A stretch of 63,486 nt of DNA, filler included, from Octopus bimaculoides (lineage: Eukaryota): assembly GCF_001194135.2 (NCBI RefSeq). It is 10 parts of 7 records of this genome, joined end to end, with 100 filler letters (N's around TTAATTAATTAA, not from the genome) between each part and the next. Parts side by side here need not be neighbours in the genome. Positions count along the whole stretch, not along the records: positions 35,493 to 40,506 come from NC_068987.1; positions 40,607 to 45,502 come from NW_026398437.1; positions 45,603 to 48,118 come from NW_026313081.1; 7 more parts are not named here. One strand, 5' to 3'. Below the pieces are notes generated by a model that was not told where the DNA came from, ran no database searches, and saw nothing but the letters and a program-made list of their open reading frames with translations. Position 1 is the first letter of the stretch, and each line of letters begins with the position of its first letter. This document shows positions 36,464 to 48,118 of this stretch, piece after piece. The position numbers and the translations under genes are program-made.

Positions 36464-37772
36464 TTGAGTCATCCCATAAATAATACGTTTTTTTCAGTTG
36501 CATGAACTAAACGTCAGAGGGAACAGGATAAACTACCTGTATCAACTTGTTATAAAACCAGGCATTAATTTTACCTTGTACTTATTCTTAGTGTGAGTTT
36601 TGAAAAATGGAGTTCAATTTTAACAGTTATTTTTTCTAAGCTATAACGGAAGTGACAAAGGAATATATTCGGCATATTTTGCTTTATGAGTTCAATAAAG
36701 GCAACAACGCAAAGGCAAGTGCGGGGAATATTAATGTAGTATACAAGGATCGGACAATAAGCGTAAGCTAGTGACAACGATGGTTATAGAAGTTTCGACC
36801 AGAAACTACCTCCAAGAAAATGAGCCTCGTTCTGGAAGATCTGTAGAGCTCGATGAGGATGTCCTGCAAACTCTGGTAACTGTTGAGGAACTAGCAGTGA
36901 AGCTTGGATTTGGTCACTCAACCATTCATTGACACCTACGTGCCATCAGAAAAGACAGCAAATTGAGTCAATGGGTTCCTCACAAACNNNNNNNNNNNNN
37001 NNNNNNNNNNNNNNNNNNNNNNNNNNNNNNNNNNNNNNNNNNNNNNNNNNNNNNNNNNNNNNNNNNNNNNNNNNNNNNNNNNNNNNNNNNNNNNNNNNNN
37101 NNNNNNNNNNNNNNNNNNNNNNNNNNNNNNNNNNNNNNNNNNNNNNNNNNNNNNNNNNNNNNNNNNNNNNNNNNNNNNNNNNNNNNNNNNNNNNNNNNNN
37201 NNNNNNNNNNNNNNNNNNNNNNNNNNNNNNNNNNNNNNNNNNNNNNNNNNNNNNNNNNNNNNNNNNNNNNNNNNNNNNNNNNNNNNNNNNNNNNNNNNNN
37301 NNNNNNNNNNNNNNNNNNNNNNNNNNNNNNNNNNNNNNNNNNNNNNNNNNNNNNNNNNNNNNNNNNNNNNNNNNNNNNNNNNNNNNNNNNNNNNNNNNNN
37401 NNNNNNNNNNNNNNNNTAATGCTCGGTCACATACAGCGAGGATGCCATTTTAATGGCTGGAGCAGTTTGAATGCCCCACCCACCATATTCGCCGAACATT
37501 TCCCCAGCTGATTATCATTTATTCTACAGTCTTCAAAATTATTTGGACGGAAAAAATATGAATTCTGTACACGAAGTCAGAATAGTATTGGAGGGGTATT
37601 TTTCGTCATGGAGAAGTGAATTTTGGAAGAGAGGCCTTGCAAGCCTACCGATGGAGGAGCATTGTAGAAAATGAAGGAGAGTATATTTTAGATTAAAAAA
37701 GAACTTTGTTTATCTTAATTTTGAAAAATAAAAGAAGTATTAAAAAGCCGCATTATTTATGGGATAACTCAA
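36464..37772 (+). mobile_element. Full-length mariner element (TIR-bounded, TA target duplication), transposase inactivated
   Basis: Left TIR TA|ttgagtcatcccataaataatacg; right TIR cgcattatttatgggataactcaa|TA. Transposase pieces IRHILLYEFNKG, EPRSGR, SQWVPHK, NARSH, HPPYSPNISPADYHLF; in-frame stops in the 5' half; about 430 N internal. Confidence 0.92.
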
Positions 37773-37878
37773 TACATACATATATGTTATATCTTCAGCT
37801 AAACGTGATGTGTGCATCTGTTCCTGTACATTCAATTGGACATGCGCACACACATATACACACACATACACACACATA

Positions 37879-37932
<54 letters not shown>

Positions 37933-37975
37933 NNNNNNNNNNNNNNNNNNNNNNNNNNNNNNNNNNNNNNNNNNN

Positions 37976-38036
<61 letters not shown>

Positions 38037-39082
38037 TTCACATTTTCTTGTTTGCCAATGAACCACACAGAGGGCACTCAATGTATGTTGCAATGTGCAA
38101 TATTTAGTTATTTAAACTGGATCTCTTCGTCTCTTGATTCCAGTTTTATGCTACAGCAATCCACAGGTGAGAACTGTTTGATTTGCAACTATTAATGATC
38201 ATTTTGCATATTAGAGCATGTGATTATCATTTCATTGGTTGTTTTCTAACATTATTTTGTACTATTACATCTTTTAGGTTTTTTGGGGGGTGGTTTCATC
38301 GCAAATAGCTGTTGCTTTTGCTGGAAGGTTTTTTATCATTTACTAGTTCGTTGTTTATATTGTTTTCAGTGGTCGACTATATTCTTATTTGTATACGTGT
38401 CCTTCTATTTCATTTTTACTTTAGAATTGCTTTAAACATTATTTCGTTGTTTTATTAGTTTTGTGGTAATGAAGATTCTGATGTCTATTTTTCCCCTCGT
38501 ATTTTATTATATTTAGAGAACCAGAACTGCCCACTCAAATGTTTATAAAATGAACACGAACAAAAAGTGAATTTGTTCTCATGAAGACCGTAGGGGCGTG
38601 AAGGACGTGAATTGTGAAACCAAGAAATTCACTGTATGTATGTATGTATGTATGTATGTATGAATGTGTGTATGTATATATGTATTTATATATGTATGTA
38701 ACATGTACATATGTGTGTTAGCGTGTATACCAAAAATAAAAATACTCATCTAACATTTAGTGTAGAAAAGACATTTCTTGCTGGTTAATTATATTAGAGA
38801 AGTTATAGATATGAAAAGCAATAGTGAAGTTAGTGTTAACATATTTTAATCCAACGATCATCAAAATTCAAACATAGATGTACTTATGCAGCCAACAAAA
38901 GACACTTGGAACTCAAGGACATACGTCAGTTACTTTTTTATATACAGATTGTGATTGTACGCAATTAACCTCTGCGATTTATTTATTTTATATATGCTAA
39001 TCTCTCATCTCTATTTATATACAGTATTGTATAACTGCAAATCATTTCTCTTCGTTACTTTAGCAATTACGATGTACTATAT

Positions 39083-39125
39083 GCTTCACTGAAGAGGTCT
39101 AATATGAGAGAAACACGTATGGAAA
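39083..39125 (+). ncRNA. Degenerate hammerhead-like motif
   Basis: TTCA-CTGAAGA-GGTCTAATATGAGA-GAAA-CACG-TA-TGGA. The core is canonical but stem II pairs poorly. Confidence 0.25.
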
Positions 39126-39640
39126 TGTTTACCATACTCACCGAAATTATTCAAATGATATTAATCATTAAGTTCACGTTGTCTTATCCTCCTTGCCTTT
39201 TTATTTTTAATTGGAATTCTGCTGTTCATTAACTAAAATATGTTGGCAGTTACAAAGCAACGATTTTTAAGTATTCCTTCCTTCGTTTGTTAAACTAAAA
39301 ATGTACGTGTACGCGCGTGTGTGTGTGTGTGTGTGTACGTGTGTCTTAATATGTGTGTGTGTGCGTTAATGTGTGTGTCTGTGTATGCATGCGTGCGTGC
39401 ATGCATACATATATGTTATGTCTCAAACTACTGCTATCTAGCACCTTCGGATGATCTCTACTCAACCGCTAATCGACTGCTACTCAACAGTCACTCAACA
39501 GCTACTCAACCCTCTACTACAGCTAGACTACCTCTATTTATATGTCTTGGGCGATCCTACTTCTTCACTTGGGGGCGTCGACACAACAATATACATACAT
39601 ACATACATACATACATACATACATAAACACACGTTTACGT

Positions 39641-40045
39641 GGATACAGGCATAGCTGTGTGGTTAAGAAAGTAGCTTTGCATCCACGTGATCTTGAGTCC
39701 AAGCCCAATGCACGGCTGCTTGGGTAATTATCTTCCACCATACCCTCGGAAGTAAATTCGGTAAAGAAAAACTGTGTGGAACTCCATCGTGCATATATAT
39801 ATATGTACGTGTATGTGTATTTTTGTTTCCGCTTGTGTCCTCTCTCCACGCAGCTTAACAACCGGTGTTGATTTGTTTACGTCTCCTTAACGTAACAGTT
39901 CAGCAAAAGTGACCGATAAATTAAGTATCAAACTTACAAAATAAGCACTGGGATCGATTTGTTCAACTAAACCCTTCAAGGAAGTGCCCCCAGCACGGCC
40001 GTAGCCCAATAACAGAAACAAGTAAAAAAATAAAAGATAAAAGAT
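39641..40045 (+). mobile_element. SINE family A, old full-length copy
   Basis: gcatagctgtgtggttaagaa head, internal TA/TG tract, aagcactgggatcgatttgttcaact, cagcacggccgtagccc and A-rich tail. Confidence 0.75.
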
Positions 40046-40455
40046 GCACTCCTAGACAAAAAGATAGATTCACTTGATAATCACTAAGGCCATATTCAAG
40101 AAATGACCCTTGTAACCATACTAGACCAAAATTAAGGATCTTAACTCTTAATCAAGAGAAGCTTTATAAACGACAATAAAATGTGTCTTATTTTCCACAC
40201 CTCACTGATTTATCAGAGAAATCTGAAAGTTTATGTATTTTTACAACTTCACACAGTTAACAATGAAATATGGAAATGTTCTTTTGGGGGTCTTGCTTTT
40301 TATCTTAATTTTCTAAACTTACTTTAGTTATTTATTTGCTTTCATTTTTTAATTTTTTATTATTCATAAATTTCAATCACAGAAAAACATAATTTATTAC
40401 TTTTAAACTTGAAATTGAAGTTTCATATGTGCATGTGTACTTGTGTGTGTGTGTA

Positions 40456-40506
<51 letters not shown>

Positions 40507-40606
40507 NNNNNNNNNNNNNNNNNNNNNNNNNNNNNNNNNNNNNNNNNNNNTTAATTAATTAANNNNNNNNNNNNNNNNNNNNNNNNNNNNNNNNNNNNNN
40601 NNNNNN

Positions 40607-40638
<32 letters not shown>

Positions 40639-41295
40639 AAGAAATTAGAGGAAAAATAACAATAAGAAGTGTATCTTTTGCGCTAGCAAGCCATTATTTA
40701 ATTAGTTAAGAAAGGTGAGAGCAAGAGTGAGTTTACGATCGTTTCTGTGTACCATGCTGAGGATAATATATATTTATATTTTTGCCTCGTTGCCAATGGC
40801 AGACATCATCAGATCGAAGAAGTTAGAGATGGAGAAAAGAGCGAAAAATAGATGGATACATCGGAAAAGAAAGTGTTCATTGATTCGAAAGTTTTACATT
40901 TTAGTTAGGTTCACGTTTCTTGAAATCCATTGTGAGGTAGATGAAGAATAGAAGTTGATTGAATCTGATGTCTCGTAGTTATTTATTAGCATGGCTTCCA
41001 CGTGTCTGTGAGTTCGGGTAGTTGACCGCCGGTGTAATGTAAGGGAGTTAACTCTAATTAGGGATATCCGGTGTGGTTATAAGGACTTATGTGTTAGCAA
41101 ATTATAAGTTGTAGGCAGTTTGTGTATTTACAAAAAATGCCGTATATAAGTGTAAAGTTTAAATCGAGCGTCGGTCCGATCTAGCGTGTAGATAGACTCA
41201 TTGTCGTAATAACATTTAGTTATGAAGAATGCAAAGAGAAAGGGGATTGAAAAGGAGAAATTTTTTGTGTAAGTAACGTTGGTAGTTCTCGCGTA

Positions 41296-41554
41296 TTGGC
41301 ACTCCGTCGCTTACGACGTCGATGGTTCCAGTTGATCCGATCAACGGAACAGCCTGCTCGTGAAATTAACGTGCAAGTGGCTGAGCACTCCACAGACACG
41401 TGTACCCTTAACATAGTTCTCGGGGATATTCAGCGTGACACAGTGTGACAAGGCTGGCCCTTTGAATTACAGGCACAACAGAAACAGGAAGAAAGAGTGA
41501 GAGAAAGTTGTGGTGAAAGCGTACGGCAGGGTTCGCCACCATCCCCTGCCGGAG
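41296..41554 (-). mobile_element. SINE family C, 5'-truncated
   Basis: Near-identical to 34795-35050. Confidence 0.9.
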
Positions 41555-42748
41555 ACATAATAAATTAATTTTTTTACTGTAGCACGAGTTAGTTCTTTGG
41601 GACAGACGATGACCAGTTAAGGTTAGTTTTGCACAAATTCAAACAAAANNNNNNNNNNNNNNNNNNNNNNNNNNNNNNNNNNNNNNNNNNNNNNNNNNNN
41701 NNNNNNNNNNNNNNNNNNNNNNNNNNNNNNNNNNNNNNNNNNNNNNNNNNNNNNNNNNNNNNNNNNNNNNNNNNNNNNNNNNNNNNNNNNNNNNNNNNNN
41801 NNNNNNNNNNNNNNNNNNNNNNNNNNNNNNNNNNNNNNNNNNNNNNNNNNNNNNNNNNNNNNNNNNNNNNNNNNNNNNNNNNNNNNNNNNNNNNNNNNNN
41901 NNNNNNNNNNNNNNNNNNNNNNNNNNNNNNNNNNNNNNNNNNNNNNNNNNNNNNNNNNNNNNNNNNNNNNNNNNNNNNNNNNNNNNNNNNNNNNNNNNNN
42001 NNNNNNNNNNNNNNNNNNNNNNNNNNNNNNNNNNNNNNNNNNNNNNNNNNNNNNNNNNNNNNNNNNNNNNNNNNNNNNNNNNNNNNNNNNNNNNNNNNNN
42101 NNNNNNNNNNNNNNNNNNNNNNNNNNNNNNNNNNNNNNNNNNNNNNNNNNNNNNNNNNNNNNNNNNNNNNNNNNNNNNNNNNNNNNNNNNNNNNNNNNNN
42201 NNNNNNNNNNNNNNNNNNNNNNNNNNNNNNNNNNNNNNNNNNNNNNNNNNNNNNNNNNNNNNNNNNNNNNNNNNNNNNNNNNNNNNNNNNNNNNNNNNNN
42301 NNNNNNNNNNNNNNNNNNNNNNNNNNNNNNNNNNNNNNNNNNNNNNNNNNNNNNNNNNNNNNNNNNNNNNNNNNNNNNNNNNNNNNNNNNNNNNNNNNNN
42401 NNNNNNNNNNNNNNNNNNNNNNNNNNNNNNNNNNNNNNNNNNNNNNNNNNNNNNNNNNNNNNNNNNNNNNNNNNNNNNNNNNNNNNNNNNNNNNNNNNNN
42501 NNNNNNNTATATAATAATAATAAAGGAGTTACGACGCAAAAACGTTTAAATTCAAAAGAACATATTTATCATCTTCAATATATATTTCAGTATAAAGAAT
42601 TCATTAAGATGCTTAAATCAAAATTTCTTTACACATCATTCAGGAACAGATATGACATCAGAAAAAATACATTCCCTTTAAAAACAAACCGTTCATGGCG
42701 AAAAAATTTCACAATTACAAAAAACGAACAAAATTTTTAAAGTTTTAG

Positions 42749-42784
<36 letters not shown>

Positions 42785-43467
42785 TACATGAACATATGCA
42801 TACACATAGATGTTGTAAAGAAAACTATTTTTACTCCCCTCCTGCCATCACAATTCTGAAGAAAGACTAAGTCCCAAACGTTGAAGTCTCCACTTCCATA
42901 TTACTTTACTGTAGCTGTCACTTTTCCCAAATAATGCAAGTCTCGTTGGCGTAGACCCCTACCATACTCTCTTGGGTTGCGTGTAATCAATCACACAAGC
43001 GTGTGTATGCGTGTGTGTATGGGCATGTGTGTACGTGTGTATGTGTGCTTATGTGATTTGGGTGAGTGTGTGAGAGAGTAAGAGTTCAAGGTGAGTGAGA
43101 ATGAGAAAAAGACAAAGATAGATGAATAGATATAGATATATAGAGAGAAGGGGTGAGAGAGAGAAGGATGAAGAGACAGCGAGAGAAAGAGAGAGAGAGA
43201 GAGTGAATAAGTGTTACATTGATGCAATACCCGAGCCACGCCGTGTACCGTTGCTTATATCTAACATTTCGACAACTAGTTACCTGGCCTGGAAATCATT
43301 GTTTACTGTAAATATTCGTCTTAAGACATGTATTTTGGGGGGCATCTACATTGTTATGTGTATATTATATTACTTACATTACATATAATTCAGTTACTGA
43401 AACAAGTAAAAGAATATACATACATACATACATACATACATACATACATACATACATACATACACAC

Positions 43468-43498
<31 letters not shown>

Positions 43499-43524
43499 CA
43501 TACATATATATATATGTGTGTGCG

Positions 43525-43557
<33 letters not shown>

Positions 43558-46282
43558 NNNNNNNNNNNNNNNNNNNNNNNNNNNNNNNNNNNNNNNNNNN
43601 NNNNNNNNNNNNNNNNNNNNNNNNNNNNNNNNNNNNNNNNNNNNNNNNNNNNNNNNNNNNNNNNNNNNNNNNNNNNNNNNNNNNNNNNNNNNNNNNNNNN
43701 NNNNNNNNNNNNNNNNNNNNNNNNNNNNNNNNNNNNNNNNNNNNNNNNNNNNNNNNNNNNNNNNNNNNNNNNNNNNNNNNNNNNNNNNNNNNNNNNNNNN
43801 NNNNNNNNNNNNNNNNNNNNNNNNNNNNNNNNNNNNNNNNNNNNNNNNNNNNNNNNNNNNNNNNNNNNNNNNNNNNNNNNNNNNNNNNNNNNNNNNNNNN
43901 NNNNNNNNNNNNNNNNNNNNNNNNNNNNNNNNNNNNNNNNNNNNNNNNNNNNNNNNNNNNNNNNNNNNNNNNNNNNNNNNNNNNNNNNNNNNNNNNNNNN
44001 NNNNNNNNNNNNNNNNNNNNNNNNNNNNNNNNNNNNNNNNNNNNNNNNNNNNNNNNNNNNNNNNNNNNNNNNNNNNNNNNNNNNNNNNNNNNNNNNNNNN
44101 NNNNNNATATATATATGAGTATATACATATACATATATACGTACATACATGTATTCTAGTATTTTCTAGCTGATATCCTGTTTGGTATTGGATCAGTATA
44201 GCAGGCGTTGAGTCATACAAGCATGACGAATGAATATATGATATTATTTACATACAAGGAGAAACAAAACGTGTAAGGGAGTGGAAGGACTGGCTGAAAC
44301 GTATGTTCCGTAAAATGGTTTATATTCTCTGTCTGTATGTCTCGTTAGATGGTTTTCTATGTTGGCGCAGTGATATCTGCAGTAACACATCTCAAGACAG
44401 TTGTGTTCATGTAGATATGTATGTTCTGCGTGTGCATATCTACATGCAAACATACATATAAACATCTACGTGTGTATGTATGTATGTTTGTATGTATGTA
44501 TGTATATTAGTCAGTTTTATTTCAAGATTTCTTGCTAATAGAGAAAGTGCTGGTTTCTAACCTAGAATCAAGGTTCCTTCATTGGAATGTCAACATCAAG
44601 AACGAAATTTTTATTTGTATATATGTATATGCGCAAATTTGTGTTTTGTTTTATGTACGTCTTCTCATGCATATACTTGCATATCTAGACATTCTCATGT
44701 ATACTTAAATGATAGTATGTATGTATGTATGTATGTATGTATGTATGTATGTATGTTTGTATGTATGTATGAGTGTGTGTGCGTGTGTGAGTGAGTGTAT
44801 GATAAACTTACTTGGAAGTGGATGCGTCGCGTTCAATTAAATAATAAATAATATATAACATCAGCTTTTTGATGCGACTCTCTACCCTATACTGTTTTCT
44901 TCCTTCATCTTTCTCTAATTCTATTTTTCCCTCTCCCTCTTTCACCACTTTCTATCTGTCTCTCTCTTCCCCTCTTTCTCCTTTTCTCTCTTTCTTTCGT
45001 TGCTCACACGTGACCATCGTCCATCTTTCTTTTCCTGCACGGACGTTTAAAAGAACGGACGTGTTTTCTCTCTCTCTCTCTCTCTCTGTGTCTGTCTGTC
45101 TCTCTCTCTCTCTTCTGTCTTTTCTCCCAGTGTTCACTATTTCCCTCTCGTTCTGCTCTAACGGCCCTCCATGTTTGTTTTCGTTCTGTTTCCTTGTATA
45201 TCTCCACTGTCATGTTTTGTTCCCAACTTTGACCCTCCATAAATCCTAAATTTTATTTTAGAATTTATGGGAGAAACTGTCGTTGAATGCTCGAAATGAG
45301 GAGTAGGTAGACAACTGATGAAGGGTCATTTCTCTGTATTTACTTCTCCTGTTTTCCATTTTTCTCTCGTTTTTCCCTCGTTTGTTTATATATTTCATGT
45401 TATTTGCACCGTTGGTGACGTCCGGTACCGATATATGCATGTATATATATATATAAATACATACATACATGCATGCATACATACATGCATACATACATAC
45501 ATNNNNNNNNNNNNNNNNNNNNNNNNNNNNNNNNNNNNNNNNNNNNTTAATTAATTAANNNNNNNNNNNNNNNNNNNNNNNNNNNNNNNNNNNNNNNNNN
45601 NNCATCTGTCTGTCTATCTATCTACCTACCCATCTGTCTGTCTATCTATCTATCTACCTGTCTGTCTGTCTATCTATCCATCCACCCATCTGTCTATCAT
45701 ATTTTTCAACATACAAGTTAATGTAGTATATAGTGATAACATGTAAACATTCAAACATCGTCACAAGCTTTTCACATGGAATTTTTGGTCCTCTGAAGTC
45801 ATCTTGGTTCATAACTCAACCTACCTATTTTGGGCTGTAAATTTCGGTTAGAAAAATTCAACTCGAATGCCAGAGAATATGGTAAAGCTAATTCCTGTCT
45901 GAAATCTAAGACATCTCTCTCAAATCTCTTAAGCATCACCTTCACTAGTTTTTCTTACCTGTATCTGTTCCAGTCCCCAGTTGTCATATTCTCAGTGCCA
46001 GCCCAGTGGAACCGTCTAAGAAGAATGAATCAAAATGGACCTTGAAGATTGATTACATAAAGTCCACCGGTGAGAAGTCTTTGAAAAAGTGTACAACATT
46101 GTTGCATGGGTCAAAAGAAAATTGCCAGGCTGGGGCTTCTGATATAAATACGCTGGTCCAGTCATGTAAGTAGATGAATTTTTAATGGTTCCTTGGAGCA
46201 ATGCCACTAACCGTTTTCTCAAATATGTTAACGATTCCACTAGCTTGTAGCCTTTAGAAAGTGTTTGATAATTTTTTAAAAT

Positions 46283-46385
46283 TTAGGTGGCACGTAAAAT
46301 ACACCATTTCAAGCGTGGCCGTTGCCAGTACCCGCCTGACTGGCCTTCGTGCCGGTGGCATGTAAAAGCACCCACTACACTCTGC
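46283..46385 (+). mobile_element. Fragment of a further interspersed repeat (ggtggcacgtaaaa...cacccactacactct motif, internally duplicated)
   Basis: ggtggcacgtaaaatacacc and ggtggcatgtaaaagcaccc occur about 70 bp apart; the family assignment is from recollection only. Confidence 0.35.
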
Positions 46386-46468
46386 AAAGAATTCAAATTT
46401 GATTGCAAAGAATCCAAACTAGATCGAAAATATCTATAATAATATATTTGTTTTTTTATCATTAATAG

Positions 46469-46594
46469 TGCCAAACCGAAAGAAAAGCTTGCTTGTGATA
46501 GTGAACCCTGTCAGTGGTCGAAAGAAAGGGTTAAAAACTTGTCAAAAAATCCTGCCCCTTTTTGAGCTGGCCAATATAAAGACTGAAATGATTG
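46469..46594 (+). CDS. Internal coding exon (126 nt, phase 1/1) of a ceramide kinase family gene (CERK/CERKL-like), start of the DAGK catalytic domain
   Basis: Acceptor tttttttatcattaatag| and donor ATTG|gtaagt. Translation xPNRKKSLLVIVNPVSGRKKGLKTCQKILPLFELANIKTEMI matches the lipid-kinase C1 motif (RPKxLLVxxNPxxG...PLFxLAxIxTxxI) of CERK/CERKL/SPHK. PNRxKSL and IKT are closest to my recollection of CERKL; orthology is not resolved. Confidence 0.85.
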
Positions 46595-47126
46595 GTAAGT
46601 TTTTGTTTTTGGTTTCTTTAAAATTTACTCCCATNNNNNNNNNNNNNNNNNNNNNNNNNNNNNNNNNNNNNNNNNNNNNNNNNNNNNNNNNNNNNNNNNN
46701 NNNNNNNNNNNNNNNNNNNNNNNNNNNNNNNNNNNNNNNNNNNNNNNNNNNNNNNNNNNNNNNNNNNNNNNNNNNNNNNNNNNNNNNNNNNNNNNNNNNN
46801 NNNNNNNNNNNNNNNNNNNNNNNNNNNNNNNNNNNNNNNNNNNNNNNNNNNNNNNNNNNNNNNNNNNNNNNNNNNNNNNNNNNNNNNNNNNNNNNNNNNN
46901 NNNNNNNNNNNNNNNNNNNNNNNNNNNNNNNNNNNNNNNNNNNNNNNNNNNNNNNNNNNNNNNNNNNNNNNNNNNNNNNNNNNNNNNNNNNNNNNNNNNN
47001 NNNNNNNNNNNNNNNNNNNNNNNNNNNNNNNNNNNNNNNNNNNNNNNNNNNNNNNNNNNNNNNNNNNNNNNNNNNNNNNNNNNNNNNNNNNNNNNNNNNN
47101 NNNNNNNNNNNNNNNNNNNNNNNNNN

Positions 47127-47506
47127 GCAATGGCCCAGTGGTTAGGGCAGCGGACTCGCGGTCATAGGATCGCGGTTTCGATTCCCAGACCGGGCGTTGT
47201 GAGTGTTTATTGAGCGAAAACACCTAAAAGCTCCACGAGGCTCCGGCAGGGGATGGTGGCAAACCCTGCTGTACTCTTTCACCACAACTTTCTCTCACTC
47301 TTACTTCCTGTTTCTGTTGTGCCTGTAATTCAAAGGGTCAGCCTTGTCACATTCTGTGTCACGCTGAATATCCCCGAGAACTACGTTAAGGGTACACGTG
47401 TCTGTGGAGTGCTCAGCCACTTGCACGTTAATTTCACGAGCAGGCTGTTCCGTTGATCGGATCAACTGGAACCCTCGACGTCGTAAGCGACGGAGTGCCA
47501 ACAACA
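47127..47506 (+). mobile_element. SINE family C, young, inside the intron between the two kinase exons
   Basis: Reverse complement of the 34786-35174 copy; ends gagtgccaacaaca 74 bp before the 47581 acceptor. Confidence 0.92.
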
Positions 47507-47580
47507 TCTACAGTCCAATGGACTAAACCCCTTAAACAGTATAAGAATACACCTTATGTTGTATTATTTATTGTTTCCAG

Positions 47581-47644
47581 TAACCAAAGAAAAAGGATAC
47601 GCAACAGAATTACTTAAACATAGAGATCTAGACGACATAGATGG
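47581..47644 (+). CDS. Next coding exon (64 nt, phase 1/2) of the same ceramide kinase family gene
   Basis: Acceptor ttatttattgtttccag| and donor GATGG|gtaagt. Splices in frame to the previous exon (G|TA = Val) to give VTKEKGYATELLKHRDLDDIDG, equivalent to CERK VTEHANQAKETLYEINIDKYDG, which precedes the GGDG motif. Confidence 0.85.
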
Positions 47645-47687
47645 GTAAGTGCTTTATTTTACTTCTTTTTTTCCTTTTTCTTTTTAA

Positions 47688-47780
47688 TTTTTTAATCTTT
47701 TACTTGTTTCTCAGTCATCGGACTGTAGCCATACTGGAGCACCATCTAGAAGTGTTTAGTTGAACATATTGACTGCAGGA
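47688..47780 (-). mobile_element. SINE family A, 3' tail fragment
   Basis: cttttacttgtttctcagtcatcggactgtagccatactggagcacc. Confidence 0.65.
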
Positions 47781-47791
47781 ATTACATTCTC

Positions 47792-48118
47792 AGGCGCGGG
47801 AGTGGCTGTGTGGTAAGTAGCTTGCTTACCAACCACATGGTTCTGGGTTCAGTCCCACTGTGTGACACCCTGGGCAAGTGTCTTCTTCTATAGCCTCGGG
47901 CCGACCAAAGCCTTGTGAGTGGATTTGATAGACGGAAACTGAAAGAAGCCCGTCGTATATATATATATGTGTGTGAGTGTATATGTTTGTGTGTCTGTGT
48001 TTGTTCCCTCAACATCGCTTGACAACCGATGCTGGTATGTTTACGTCTTCGTAACTTAGCGGTTCAGTAAAAGAGACCGATAGGATAAGTACTAGGCTTC
48101 CAAAGAATAAGTCCTGGG
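47792..48118 (+). mobile_element. SINE family A, young, 3' end lost in gap
   Basis: ggcgcgggagtggctgtgtggtaagtagcttgc...gggcaagtgtcttcttctatagcctcgggccgaccaaagccttgtgagtggatttg. Confidence 0.92.

Noticed and set aside
40715-40951. 78-aa basic ORF as a possible PH-domain exon
   Set aside because: No convincing splice sites or motif; composition resembles decayed repeat sequence.
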